A stretch of DNA of 63,559 bases, filler included, from Octopus bimaculoides (GCF_001194135.2; 6 parts of 5 records of this genome joined end to end with filler, not necessarily neighbours in it), one strand, 5' to 3'. Positions 45,471 to 57,619 are shown, counted from the whole stretch's first letter. Notes: generated by a model not told the origin, from the letters alone. Made by a program: numbers and translations.

Positions 45471-46189
45471 NNNNNNNNNNNNNNNNNNNNNNNNNNNNNN
45501 NNNNNNNNNNNNNNNNNNNNNNNNNNNNNNNNNNNNNNNNNNNNNNNNNNNNNNNNNNNNNNNNNNNNNNNNNNNNNNNNNNNNNNNNNNNNNNNNNNNN
45601 NNNNNNNNNNNNNNNNNNNNNNNNNNNNNNNNNNNNNNNNNNNNNNNNNNNNNNNNNNNNNNNNNNNNNNNNNNNNNNNNNNNNNNNNNNNNNNNNNNNN
45701 NNNNNNNNNNNNNNNNNNNNNNNNNNNNNNNNNNNNNNNNNNNNNNNNNNNNNNNNNNNNNNNNNNNNNNNNNNNNNNNNNNNNNNNNNNNNNNNNNNNN
45801 NNNNNNNNNNNNNNNNNNNNNNNNNNNNNNNNNNNNNNNNNNNNNNNNNNNNNNNNNNNNNNNNNNNNNNNNNNNNNNNNNNNNNNNNNNNNNNNNNNNN
45901 NNNNNNNNNNNNNNNNNNNNNNNNNNNNNNNNNNNNNNNNNNNNNNNNNNNNNNNNNNNNNNNNNNNNNNNNNNNNNNNNNNNNNNNNNNNNNNNNNNNN
46001 NNNNNNNNNNNNNNNNNNNNNNNNNNNNNNNNNNNNNNNNNNNNNNNNNNNNNNNNNNNNNNNNNNNNNNNNNNNNNNNNNNNNNNNNNNNNNNNNNNNN
46101 NNNNNNNNNNNNNNNNNNNNNNNNNNNNNNNNNNNNNNNNNNNNNNNNNNNNNNNNNNNNNNNNNNNNNNNNNNNNNNNNNNNNNNNNC

Positions 46190-47030
46190 AGACGAAATGT
46201 TTTTTGTGTATCAAGAAATATTGTCTCGAATGTAAAGAGAGCCTTTGAGAAAAATCTCCTTATCGAAAGAAAACTCCGGAAGAAAACCAAAACTTTCAGA
46301 TAGGGACCGTCGGACTGTTACGCGTATTGTTAGAAAGGATCACAAAATTACAGCTCCCAAAATTACTGCAGAGCTTAATGACCACCTCGGGAAGCCAGTT
46401 TCCACAAAAACTGTTCGGCGCGAGCTGCACAAAGCCGGATTTTACGGGAGGGCTTCAATCAGAAAACCACTACTTTCAAAAACAAACGTTGCAACGCGTT
46501 TAGAGTGGAGTAAAACTTACATAATTGGTCCTTAGAGCAGTGGAAGAATGTTATTTTCTCAGACGAATCATCGTTTACCTTATTTCCGATAGCCAAAAGA
46601 AGCATTTGACCTAGACTGTCTTCTACCGACTCTTAAACATGGAGGAGGATCTGTGATGATCGGGGGTGAGCTATATCTTGGAAATTCGCCGGCCTATTGG
46701 TTTCCCTTCATGGCAGAATTAATAGCCAAGACTATTTAAGCATTTTATCAGATCAAATTCATGTTTGCGAAACTGTTAGCGGAGGGAAGCGCAATCTTTC
46801 AGGATGATAATGCACCAGTTCACACAGATAAAGTTGTTACTGAGTGGCACGAGGAACATCCTAGTGAAGTTGAACATCTTATCTGGCCACCACAGTCCCC
46901 AGATCTCAATATTATTGAACATTGGTGCATTTTAGAAAACAAGTAAGGAGTCGATATCCTCCACTACAAGAACTGGAGACTGTTTTAGTTGAAGGATGGA
47001 CAAAAATTCCTTTGGAAGCCATCTGAATAC
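46190..47030 (+). pseudogene. Tc1-family (DD34E) transposase remnant
   Basis: SGRKPKLSDRDRR, VSTKTVRRELHKAG, RKPLLSKTN, WKNVIFSDESSF, KHGGGSVMI, IFQDDNAPVH, WPPQSPDLNIIEH; frameshifted. Confidence 0.93.
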
Positions 47031-47099
47031 TGTAAAAGAGTTACTTATATCATGATGATTTGCACCAGGTATCTAAATACCGATATTATGATTGCTACC

Positions 47100-47620
47100 C
47101 AATGCTCTGTGAACACTGTAAAGACTGCACGATGTGAGATGGATAGCAGGAAGAGACACAGTAGGCGTGCTGACGGCGTATGCACTCTGCATTTCATTCA
47201 ACAGCTGAGGTACAGGGTCTTAGTTTCAATTCAGTCGACTATGTGAAGCTGCTGAAACCTGTGATCAAACACTGGATGGAGAGGTTTGCCGCTAGAAGGC
47301 CATATGTATTGCAGCAGTATCCGAGTCATTGCCGTACTACTTCTTATGGGAAGAGTCAGAAATAGCTTTCGGAGAATTTCTATGATTTCACCAGACCAAA
47401 TTCTTGGCCACCTGATCTCCCCACGTTGTATTCTCATGGGTTACGATGTGTGAGGCGCGGTTGAGAAGGACACCAGCCGTTCTGCCCGCAGCACCAAGGT
47501 CGAGATGGTGGGCAAGATCAAGGAAATATTCGAAGATCTTCCTTGGGTCACAGTAAGGGACACATACGTCAAGTTCCGGAGTCATTTTGAGGCCGGTGTG
47601 GAAGCTGACGTTCGGCACTT
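47100..47620 (+). pseudogene. Second Tc1/mariner-superfamily remnant (maT/DD37D-like)
   Basis: KLLKPVIKHWMERFAARRPYVLQQ..., KSQK*LSENFYDF..., WPPDL motifs, degraded; subfamily call is tentative. Confidence 0.6.
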
Positions 47621-49132
47621 TGAGTAGACTGTTATCTCCCAGCTATAATCTAATTATTCTTTTTGATCTTTTCAAATATTTAAAATCTGGGATGGGATAT
47701 TGTTCTCTTTATGCAAGCTGTCAAATTTATCCCGAACAACTTGTATATGTGTGTATGTGTGTAACTGCGTGTGTGCGCGCGCATGTAGATAGACTGATAA
47801 TCAGATAGTAGATGCACACACAAAACTCATTGTCAACACATAGGCAACAGCTTTCTTCTAAACGTCGGGCCTTTATACTTGTTTATTTTTCTAAGTATCT
47901 ACGTATTAAAGTTTATTTCTTTCTCATCTTAATACTTTAGTATTAAAACTAGTCTCCCAATTTTATCGATAATATACTACAAACATTTACTCTCCCGCTA
48001 ACCTATTATTTTTATCTCTATTATAATATACACCGTTTTTCTATCTCTAATCAACAATGTTGGTCTCCCTTATAACATAAACCATTATTTTCCCCCAAGT
48101 GAACTATCTTAATCTATATTATACTTATAAACAGTTATTCACCACATAGTCTATTATCACAGTTCATTTTACTATCCGTCATTTAACGATAACAAGTAGA
48201 GGAAAAGTAAACACAGAAAGTTGCCTCTTTCCTGTATGCAATCAATTAAATCGTACTAACCTTTTCTTGTTTTAAAATATTTTCTAAATTTCAAAATTCA
48301 AACTATTTTTGATCGAAAGCTTTATTCCGTCTACATCCCTAATGGGCTTTCTTTCAATTTGTATATTTTGTAACAATACTCTTCCTTGATTTTTAATTAT
48401 AACAGAAGATTCATTTCTACATTTCATTACAAACCGTTTTTTTTCCTTCCAGTTTGTCGTCTGCATTAGGCAGAGTGTACATTTTATGCATTTTATTGTT
48501 TTCAATACTGTTTCCACTCCTTTTCGTTTTTCCATGTATTTCCTTCTTGTGTTGCCACTTGTAATTTTTATTTATTTTGTTTTAGATTTAGTTTTTATTC
48601 TTATTTATCTATTTAGCTTATTTCCTTATTTGCGTATATTTTTAATAATCAGTATGCAGAAATAAATTATGTGCATGGAAAACAACTCTTTCAGATAGCA
48701 TGTTAGATTCAGTGTGTAAGTTTATGGATATATATGTGTGTGTTTGGACGAACACGTGTGTATGTGAGTGTGTGTAAGAGATCGTACGTGCATGTGTGTG
48801 AGCGTGTGTAGTGTGTAGACACACCCACACATACAACACACACACTTTACACTCATTATATTTACCTTCACGACTTTTCTCATGCTTTCTCTTGTACCAG
48901 CGTCTTGATTCACAAATTGACTAGACCATGTTCTGAGAGCATGCGGATTGCTTCGAGACACAAAGACGTTCTAAAAACGTACTTAAATTCTCGTTTCCAA
49001 GGCATGAAAATTTTAGTAGCTCATATCTTTATAATGTGTACGATAAATGATATTTATCTCTCACTTAATGGAGCACATTTTTTGTTGANNNNNNNNNNNN
49101 NNNNNNNNNNNNNNNNNNNNNNNNNNNNNNNN

Positions 49133-49144
49133 TTAATTAATTAA
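49133..49144. other. Artificial scaffold linker
   Basis: 44 N + TTAATTAATTAA + 44 N (49089-49188). Confidence 0.95.
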
Positions 49145-49188
49145 NNNNNNNNNNNNNNNNNNNNNNNNNNNNNNNNNNNNNNNNNNNN

Positions 49189-49225
<37 letters not shown>

Positions 49226-49802
49226 GGCGTGCTTATCCTGAACAAAGTGTATCGTGTGAAGCTTGATGTTTCTGAAATAAACGTTGACAACAGAATAAGG
49301 CGTGACTCATTGGCAAGGACGAAATGTACGTACAAACATGTGGTGATACTAAAACAAAAGTACGATGTGGGAATATCGTAGTGTCGTACAGAAGTATGGG
49401 GACTATACATATACGCGCATATGTAAACATCGTTTGTCGCTTTCGGTAGTAATGAACGCGTGAAACAAATTCATGACTGTTTTTTCCCAACACTTCTGAG
49501 ATAGTTTCGTCTTAGAAGTTAAGTTCAACATGTGTTTTGTAGGCTTTTAACAGCGATAACAAAAGAAATAAGAAACAGGAGTAGAAATACGAAATCAGTC
49601 ACTAAATAATCTGAGGACTTGGTGTCTGGTTGTGAAAATAGAGTTAAGTATACACAAGTGGTAAGGCAACGATAGATTATAGAATGATACAGCAGATATT
49701 GTTCAAAATGTGGCTTGCTTCCGAACTATATGCTTCCGGGTTCAGTCCCACTGCGTGGAACCTTGCGCAAGTGTCTTCGCCGATAGCCCTGATTGAGAAT
49801 GT

Positions 49803-49881
49803 ATTCTTCTTCTTCTTCTTCTTCTTCTTCTTCTTCTTCTTCTTCTTCTTCTTCTTCTTCTTCTTCTTCTTCTTCTTCTTC
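49803..49881. repeat. (TTC)n microsatellite running into gap
   Basis: Direct inspection. Confidence 0.97.
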
Positions 49882-50869
49882 NNNNNNNNNNNNNNNNNNN
49901 NNNNNNNNNNNNNNNNNNNNNNNNNNNNNNNNNNNNNNNNNNNNNNNNNNNNNNNNNNNNNNNNNNNNNNNNNNNNNNNNNNNNNNNNNNNNNNNNNNNN
50001 NNNNNNNNNNNNNNNNNNNNNNNNNNNNNNNNNNNNNNNNNNNNNNNNNNNNNNNNNNNNNNNNNNNNNNNNNNNNNNNNNNNNNNNNNNNNNNNNNNNN
50101 NNNNNNNNNNNNNNNNNNNNNNNNNNNNNNNNNNNNNNNNNNNNNNNNNNNNNNNNNNNNNNNNNNNNNNNNNNNNNNNNNNNNNNNNNNNNNNNNNNNN
50201 NNNNNNNNNNNNNNNNNNNNNNNNNNNNNNNNNNNNNNNNNNNNNNNNNNNNNNNNNNNNNNNNNNNNNNNNNNNNNNNNNNNNNNNNNNNNNNNNNNNN
50301 NNNNNNNNNNNNNNNNNNNNNNNNNNNNNNNNNNNNNNNNNNNNNNNNNNNNNNNNNNNNNNNNNNNNNNNNNNNNNNNNNNNNNNNNNNNNNNNNNNNN
50401 NNNNNNNNNNNNNNNNNNNNNNNNNNNNNNNNNNNNNNNNNNNNNNNNNNNNNNNNNNNNNNNNNNNNNNNNNNNNNNNNNNNNNNNNNNNNNNNNNNNN
50501 NNNNNNNNNNNNNNNNNNNNNNNNNNNNNNNNNNNNNNNNNNNNNNNNNNNNNNNNNNNNNNNNNNNNNNNNNNNNNNNNNNNNNNNNNNNNNNNNNNNN
50601 NNNNNNNNNNNNNNNNNNNNNNNNNNNNNNNNNNNNNNNNNNNNNNNNNNNNNNNNNNNNNNNNNNNNNNNNNNNNNNNNNNNNNNNNNNNNNNACACAC
50701 ACACACACACACGTATAAAATTAATAAAAAACAGCTGTTTGGAACGTTGTGCCGTAAAGGAAAATTATAGTCGTCAACTAAACTTGACTAAGGGTGTGAA
50801 TAACACCTGCATTGCTAGAAATAGGAGCTAAAATGCTCCAATGCTGTTACAAAGCACATAACAGCAACC

Positions 50870-50897
50870 GGGAATTCCTTAGAATTGGGAATTCCCC
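50870..50897. promoter_or_regulatory. Pair of NF-kB/Rel-type motifs
   Basis: GGGAATTCCT at 50870-50879 and palindromic GGGAATTCCC(C) at 50887-50897; function unproven. Confidence 0.3.
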
Positions 50898-51053
50898 AAG
50901 GTTGAAATGTCATTAAGGAAAAAGACAAGCTTATTGAGATAAGAGACCAGGCGTGGACACGTGATTCTTGTTCAATAGCGATCGTCATCAGCAGGACAAT
51001 TGGCCAGTGATAATTCCAGAAGCTTTGTGGTTTAGACTTGTTCAAAAGGAGTA

Positions 51054-51291
51054 CAGTAATGCCTCGATTATCGCGAGTGTTACGTTGGAAAACACCCCGC
51101 GATAGGTGAAAATCCGCGAAGTAGAAACAGTACTGTACTGTATATTTTATTTTATTATTTTTATAATTTGTGTATATATTTTATTATAAATGCAAAACAA
51201 CACCACGGAGGAATCGAACCCGGAAGCTTAAATAATAAACCGTGATAGGTGAAACACGATAGGTGAAACGCGATATGGCGAGGGATTACTG
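51054..51291. mobile_element. Tigger/pogo-like MITE, 238 bp, TA target duplication
   Basis: TA-CAGTAATGCCTCG...CGAGGGATTACTG-TA; TIR similarity extends through TATCGCG; internal repeats of GATAGGTGAAA. Confidence 0.85.
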
Positions 51292-51349
51292 TAGATATAT
51301 TTAAGGCCAAATCAATTTGCATAATACACACCTCACTGTCTATATACCG

Positions 51350-51411
<62 letters not shown>

Positions 51412-51464
51412 TTATCTTTATCTTTGTATATATATATATATCCGTTGACTGAACACTATTCAAT

Positions 51465-51626
51465 TTTTTTTCTCCGTGTTTTTCTCCTTGTCTCCGTATT
51501 CTTTCTGTTGAAGAGCGTAGCTCGAAACGTCAAAGACTTTCTGTATTCCCGAGCGTCATACTAATACACCCTTTTGTTATTTATACCACCTGTCCTCGTC
51601 TGTTGTTGTTTTTTCGTACATTCTCC
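51465..51626 (+). mobile_element. Second copy of the small hammerhead-bearing repeat
   Basis: Matches reverse complement of 45307-45470 with few substitutions. Confidence 0.7.
51500..51536 (+). ncRNA. Candidate minimal type I hammerhead ribozyme, A6U core variant
   Basis: TCTTT-CTGTTGA-A-GAGC-GTA-GCTC-GAA-ACGT-C-AAAGA, identical to the 45397-45433 motif. Confidence 0.5.
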
Positions 51627-52145
51627 NNNNNNNNNNNNNNNNNNNNNNNNNNNNNNNNNNNNNNNNNNNNNNNNNNNNNNNNNNNNNNNNNNNNNNNNNN
51701 NNNNNNNNNNNNNNNNNNNNNNNNNNNNNNNNNNNNNNNNNNNNNNNNNNNNNNNNNNNNNNNNNNNNNNNNNNNNNNNNNNNNNNNNNNNNNNNNNNNN
51801 NNNNNNNNNNNNNNNNNNNNNNNNNNNNNNNNNNNNNNNNNNNNNNNNNNNNNNNNNNNNNNNNNNNNNNNNNNNNNNNNNNNNNNNNNNNNNNNNNNTG
51901 TGAGAGTGGGGTAACACTCAAATTTCAACGATGCCCATACTCATACATACGCTCACAGGTAAACACACATGGGTAAGATATAAGCTTTCGTCCGTTTGTT
52001 TCTTGATATCTATTCCCTACCTGCTCTCTTTATGGTTTCTTTCGATATCGTATATATTTTATATATACCCGTGTTTTCTTTTTCTTCTATGAACGCGTGT
52101 GTACTTTTCAAAGAATTATCTTCACAAAAAAAAAAAAAAAATGGC

Positions 52146-52310
52146 GCCGGTGTGGCTGTGTGGTGAGAACCTTGCTTTCCTACCATATGGTTCTGGGTTC
52201 AGTTCCACTGCATTGCATCTTGGACAGATGTTTCTAATATAGCCTCGGGATCGACCAGGGTTTTTTGAGTGGATTTCGTAGACGGAAACTGGATTAAGCC
52301 TGTTGAATAC
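52146..52310 (+). mobile_element. SINE family A head (sense)
   Basis: GTGTGGCTGTGTGGTGAGAACCTTGC...GGGTTCAGTTCCACTGC. Confidence 0.85.
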
Positions 52311-52524
52311 ATACACACATACACAAACATATACATATAAAAGTATATAAATATAGGGGGAGACATTGAACAGTGCCATACGCTTTTCGTAAAACGTACG
52401 CCTTGCTCATTTGAGCGCTACAAAGGGTTTTCTGTTCTATATTGAAGAGATGAGAAATTATGTACATTATTTATATTATTTACATTTGATGGATATTTGT
52501 CCTCATCTTGTTTGTTGTTAAAAC

Positions 52525-52556
52525 TTTCGACTGATATACCCTCCAGCCTTCATCAG
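52525..52556 (-). ncRNA. Degenerate hammerhead-like core within an interspersed repeat
   Basis: Minus strand CTGATGA-A-GGCTG-(10 nt)-CAGTC-GAAA; helix III and cleavage site not intact. Confidence 0.4.
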
Positions 52557-52699
52557 GTGTCTTGGGGGAAATTTCGAACCTGGGTTCTCATTCCTAAGGT
52601 ATTTTTCGATGTTATTATTATTATTCAGGTCACTGCCTGGAATCGAACTCGAGTTTTCTATACTGAGAATCTCTGGATCTCATCTGTTTACTATACATT

Positions 52700-53410
52700 C
52701 ATACGTACGTATATAAGATATAGGTGCGGACGTACGAATGTGCATACGTACGTGCGTTTGTGAGTATGCTCGTTCGTACGTTCGTTCGAACGTACGGACG
52801 TTCGTTTGTATGTTCGTTCGAACTTACGGATGTTCATTCGCAAGTATGTACATTCGTTCGTATACGTACCTACAATCATTCATATATACGTAGGTTCGTT
52901 CGTTCGTTCGTTCGTACGTAAGTAAGTTTGTTCGTACGTAGTTACGTTTGTTCGTATAGGTACTTACGATCTTCATGCATACGTTAGTTCGCTTGTTCGT
53001 GCTAACGTACGTACGTTTGATCGTTCCTACGTAAGTACGTTTGTTTCTATGTAGTACATACGTACGTTCGTTCGTTCGTACGAACGTGTGTTCTTTCGTA
53101 CGTAGGTACGTACGTACATTCGTTCGTTTGTTCGAGCGTTTGTTCGTAGATACGCACGTTTGTCTGAACGTTCGTTCGTACGTTCGTTAACGCGTACGTT
53201 CGTTAACGCGTACGTACGCTCGTTCGCATGTTCGTTCGTACGTACGTTCGTTTGTACGCAAGTACGTTCGTTCGTGCGTTTGTTCGTTTGTTCGTTTGTT
53301 CGTACATGCGTACGTTCGTTCGTGTGTAGGCACGTACGTACGTATGCACGTATCTTCATACGTTCTTGCGTAAGATGGTACGTACATTCGTGCATTTCGT
53401 ATGTTGAAAT
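52700..53410. repeat. CpG-dense cryptic tetranucleotide repeat (TACG/TTCG/TTTG mosaic)
   Basis: Direct inspection. Confidence 0.92.
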
Positions 53411-53904
53411 GTTCTCAGAGCAACGAGAGATGATATGTTTTGCTCAAGCGCTCTACACTCCGCCGCCTCGTCAGGCAATCGAAGCTACAATCTTGCGATT
53501 GCTAAGTACAACTCCCAAACCACTTGACTACGCCCCTGTACATACATACATACATACATACATACATACATACATACATACATACAATTAAGAGAAAACA
53601 GATATACATGCGTACAAGTCATAGTAAGTAGTTAGAAATTATTATACGAACCGGAAACAGGAAGTAGTTTCTAAAGTAGTGAAAACCTACGAAGACTGAC
53701 TTTGTGGAATTAATTCTTGCAAACACTTGGGATAAATAAGCTGAATGTTAGGAGGCAGATCTTAATTTCATACATACATACATACATACATACATACATA
53801 CATGCATACATACATACATAGATACATACATACGTACGTACGTACGTACATACGCACGTATATGTATGTGTATAAATATGTGTATGTGTGCATATATATT
53901 CTTT

Positions 53905-54160
53905 TATTCTTTTACTTGTTTCAGTCATTTGACTGCCGCCATGCTGGAGCACCGCCTTTTGTCGAACAAATCGCTCCCACCCCCACCCACGCACACACAT
54001 ACATACATACGACGAGTTTCTTTCAATTCAAATCCTCCAGGTTAACTCTCAAGGCTTTTATCAGCCCGAGACTGGAACAGAAGAAACCTGCCCAAGGTGC
54101 CGTTTATTGGGACTGAACGTATCCAAGGCCACATGGTTGGGCAACAAGCTTCTGAACTAC
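53905..54160 (-). mobile_element. SINE family A, internally deleted
   Basis: TTTCAGTCATTTGACTGCCGCCATGCTGGAGCACCGCC ... CCCAAGGTGCC ... CACATGGTTGGG. Confidence 0.82.
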
Positions 54161-54762
54161 AGATGCAAATGTTTCATAACTCCAATTATTTTCGATAAAA
54201 TTTAAATTTCAAAATTGCCTCCCTTGTCACTTCTGAGACGATTTTTCATTCTCACTAACGCAATTTTCATTTCCTTACCGCTCCGCTACAATTACAAATA
54301 ATTAAAAACTTACGAGGTTCGTGTATATAAGCCTACATCTGACTCTACGTTCTGTAAGAGATTCCACGGTGCCATAATTTTTAAATACGATTATGTTTCA
54401 CACGAAAACTAATCAAAAATTCGTCACGTACTCGCAACCTTCATTTCACGGCCTCATTCAGATTTTAATTAATGTGGATTCCACAGTTGTTTTTCTCATC
54501 GCTTTCATTGTCAGAAATTAATAATTAATAATTAATATTAATGATTTTTCTCTTCATTACTGGAATAATTTTAGTTAATTAAATTTGGCTGCTTGGTATG
54601 AGGGATGGGTGGATCTGGCTAGGTTAGATGTGTTAATTTTCGTTTAACTTCGTGTTTTTCACGCAGAAGGCATTCAGAGGAAATTTTCGCCAGTCGTTAC
54701 GCACCCGAATACACCACACGTCACATCATACACACACTCACACACACACACACACACACACA

Positions 54763-54797
<35 letters not shown>

Positions 54798-54996
54798 CCC
54801 TCTCTCTCTTTCTCACACATATACTCTCGTACCCAGATACATCATACTTAAATGAATTTATTTATATACAACTAACTGTATATTTATTCGACTCCTCTCT
54901 CTTTCTCTTTGTACACACAAACACTCACTCACACTCTCACTCTCTCTCTCACACACACACGTACACACACATAGGCATAGAGATAATTCGTGTATA

Positions 54997-55027
<31 letters not shown>

Positions 55028-55128
55028 ATGTGTGTGTGTGTATGAAAATATCTATTTCCTTAGTTGCTTGACTACCCATCTCTTACCTGGCCATCTCTCT
55101 GCATAAAACGTACGTACACACACTCGTG

Positions 55129-55161
<33 letters not shown>

Positions 55162-56399
55162 GTATAACATTCTACATACATATCAATTTACATATGTACA
55201 TACCTAACATCCTTCTCATCTGCATATTTGCTTACCTACCCCCTACCTACACACTTACATGTCTATAACATATATATACATACATATATANNNNNNNNNN
55301 NNNNNNNNNNNNNNNNNNNNNNNNNNNNNNNNNNNNNNNNNNNNNNNNNNNNNNNNNNNNNNNNNNNNNNNNNNNNNNNNNNNNNNNNNNNNNNNNNNAT
55401 ATATATATATATAATATATATATATGTATATATATGTGTGTATATTTATTATTGAAACCTATATACATATGTATGTATGTACCGCTTGCACATACCGCTT
55501 GCATATACTTATATATATATACTTGTATGAACGTGTGTGTGTGCTATCTTCAAGTTTTGAGTGTTTCGACGCTTATTCTTTCTCTGTTTGAACAAGCGTT
55601 GAGATTGATAAAACTGGGGTCATATTGCACCCCACCTATGATATCACATACAGACACAGACACACACACACACACACGCACACACTGACGCGCACACACG
55701 TGTACACTCGTATACACAGACAGATACTCATAAGCGTGTGTATGTATAAGAAGCACGCATGCTCTGGTTTCATTATATATCTGTATATTCACACTCACAC
55801 ACACACTCACCACACACACATGTAAATATGTGTACATGTGTAACTACGAGTATGTATGTATGTATGTATGTATGTATGTATGTGTGTATGTATGTATGCG
55901 TGTATGTGTATGTGTATGTCTACAGAAGATATATGGAAGCGATGAAGGATAAAGATATGAAGAAGCAGATCCAGTCCAGTTAAACAAACATTCTTCAGAT
56001 TCCTTGTGTAAAAGATGGGTAGGAAGGTATATAGATAGGTAGGTAGATAGATAGATAGAGAGAAGGAGGGAGAGAGAGAGAGATAAAAGAGATTAAAGGG
56101 TAGGCGGGGGAAGAGTAGAAACGAGAGAAGAGGGTGCGTGAGAGGAACGAGGGATGTTGGTGGAGATAAGCATCTTCAGTCAGCATCAATTCATCTATAT
56201 TCCAGTCTCGTCAAATCGCAGTTGTTAATTAGCGTTTTGTTTGTTTTCAAACTTTAATAACAATGTCGGGTCTTTTTGATGTTTGGTGCTTGACCTGTCC
56301 CGGATGTCTCTTCGGTGGTAGACACGGTAGGATTACCTCCACGCCGTTTAAAGCTGTTTGGTCAGCGTTGTTTAATGGTCATTTACGGCTAGATATATT

Positions 56400-56755
56400 T
56401 TATTCTTGTTTCAGTCATTTGACTGCCGCCATGCTGGAGCACCGTCTTTAGTCGAACAAATTCCAGGACTTATTCCTTTGTAAGCCTAGTACTTATTGTA
56501 TCAGTTTCTTTTGCCGAATCACTGAGTTACGGGGACGTAAACACACCAACATCGGTTGCCAAGCGATGGTATGTGTGTGGGGAGGCAAACACAAACACAC
56601 AAATACTCACACACACACACGACGGGCTTCCTGTTTTCCGTTTACAAAATTCACTCACAAGGTTTTGATACTTGCCCAAGGTGCCATGCAGAGTGACTGA
56701 ACCCGGAACCATGTGGTTGGGAAGCAAGCTTCTTACCACACAACCACTCCTGCGC
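56400..56755 (-). mobile_element. Near full-length SINE family A with internal (CA)n
   Basis: Tail, body, microsatellite and tRNA-like head all present and colinear with other copies. Confidence 0.88.
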
Positions 56756-57299
56756 CTATATATATATATAGAAACACAGAACAAAGACACGCACTACGCA
56801 CCCCCTACACATGCACACACACGTACGATGGGCTTCTTTTGTCAATTTTCAAAAGAAGTCACCTGTAGTTTTGAAGTCTTCTTTGAACAGCTGGATGTCA
56901 GTTTACCTGGAAAGAAANNNNNNNNNNNNNNNNNNNNNNNNNNNNNNNNNNNNNNNNNNNNNNNNNNNNNNNNNNNNNNNNNNNNNNNNNNNNNNNNNNN
57001 NNNNNNNNNNNNNNNNNNNNNNNNNNNNNNNNNNNNNNNNNNNNNNNNNNNNNNTATATTTATATATATATATATATATTTTTTTCCTTCTCGAGCCATG
57101 CTAGACTCATGAGGGCCGGTTTGCCGGTTTCAGTGGCCTATATATATATATAGAAACACAGAACAAAGACACGCACTACGCACCCCCTACACATGCACAC
57201 ACACGTACGATGGGCTTCTTTTGTCAATTTTCAAAAGAAGTCACCTGTAGTTTTGAAGTCTTCTTTGAACAGCTGGATGTCAGTTTACCTGGAAAGAAA
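56754..57299. repeat. Identical 164-bp direct duplication flanking an N gap
   Basis: 56754-56917 = 57136-57299. Confidence 0.93.
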
Positions 57300-57619
57300 C
57301 AATGCCGTTATGAATAAGAAGGGTAGAAATTAATGCATGCAAGATTTCACAGCTCTAGTATCTCTTCTTCGTAGTCAGCCTATGACCTTCCCAGTTCCCT
57401 GTCGTCTGCTCGCTTTGTCATTCTCGCTGTCTGGTGTATGTCTAAACCATCTCCTTTCTGTTGCTAATTCACAATGCTCGTATAGCTTCCAGTGTAAACG
57501 TAGTCCCCCCCGCCAACCTATCACGTCTATGAATGTATTCTTTCCCAATCAAAACTGAAAACCCAGAAACGATCTGATTAATGACTTTTCCCTCATTTTC
57601 ACCTATTCTGCAGCTACTG

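Noticed and set aside
49303-49309. AP-1 site TGACTCA
   Set aside because: A single 7-mer is expected by chance in a window this size
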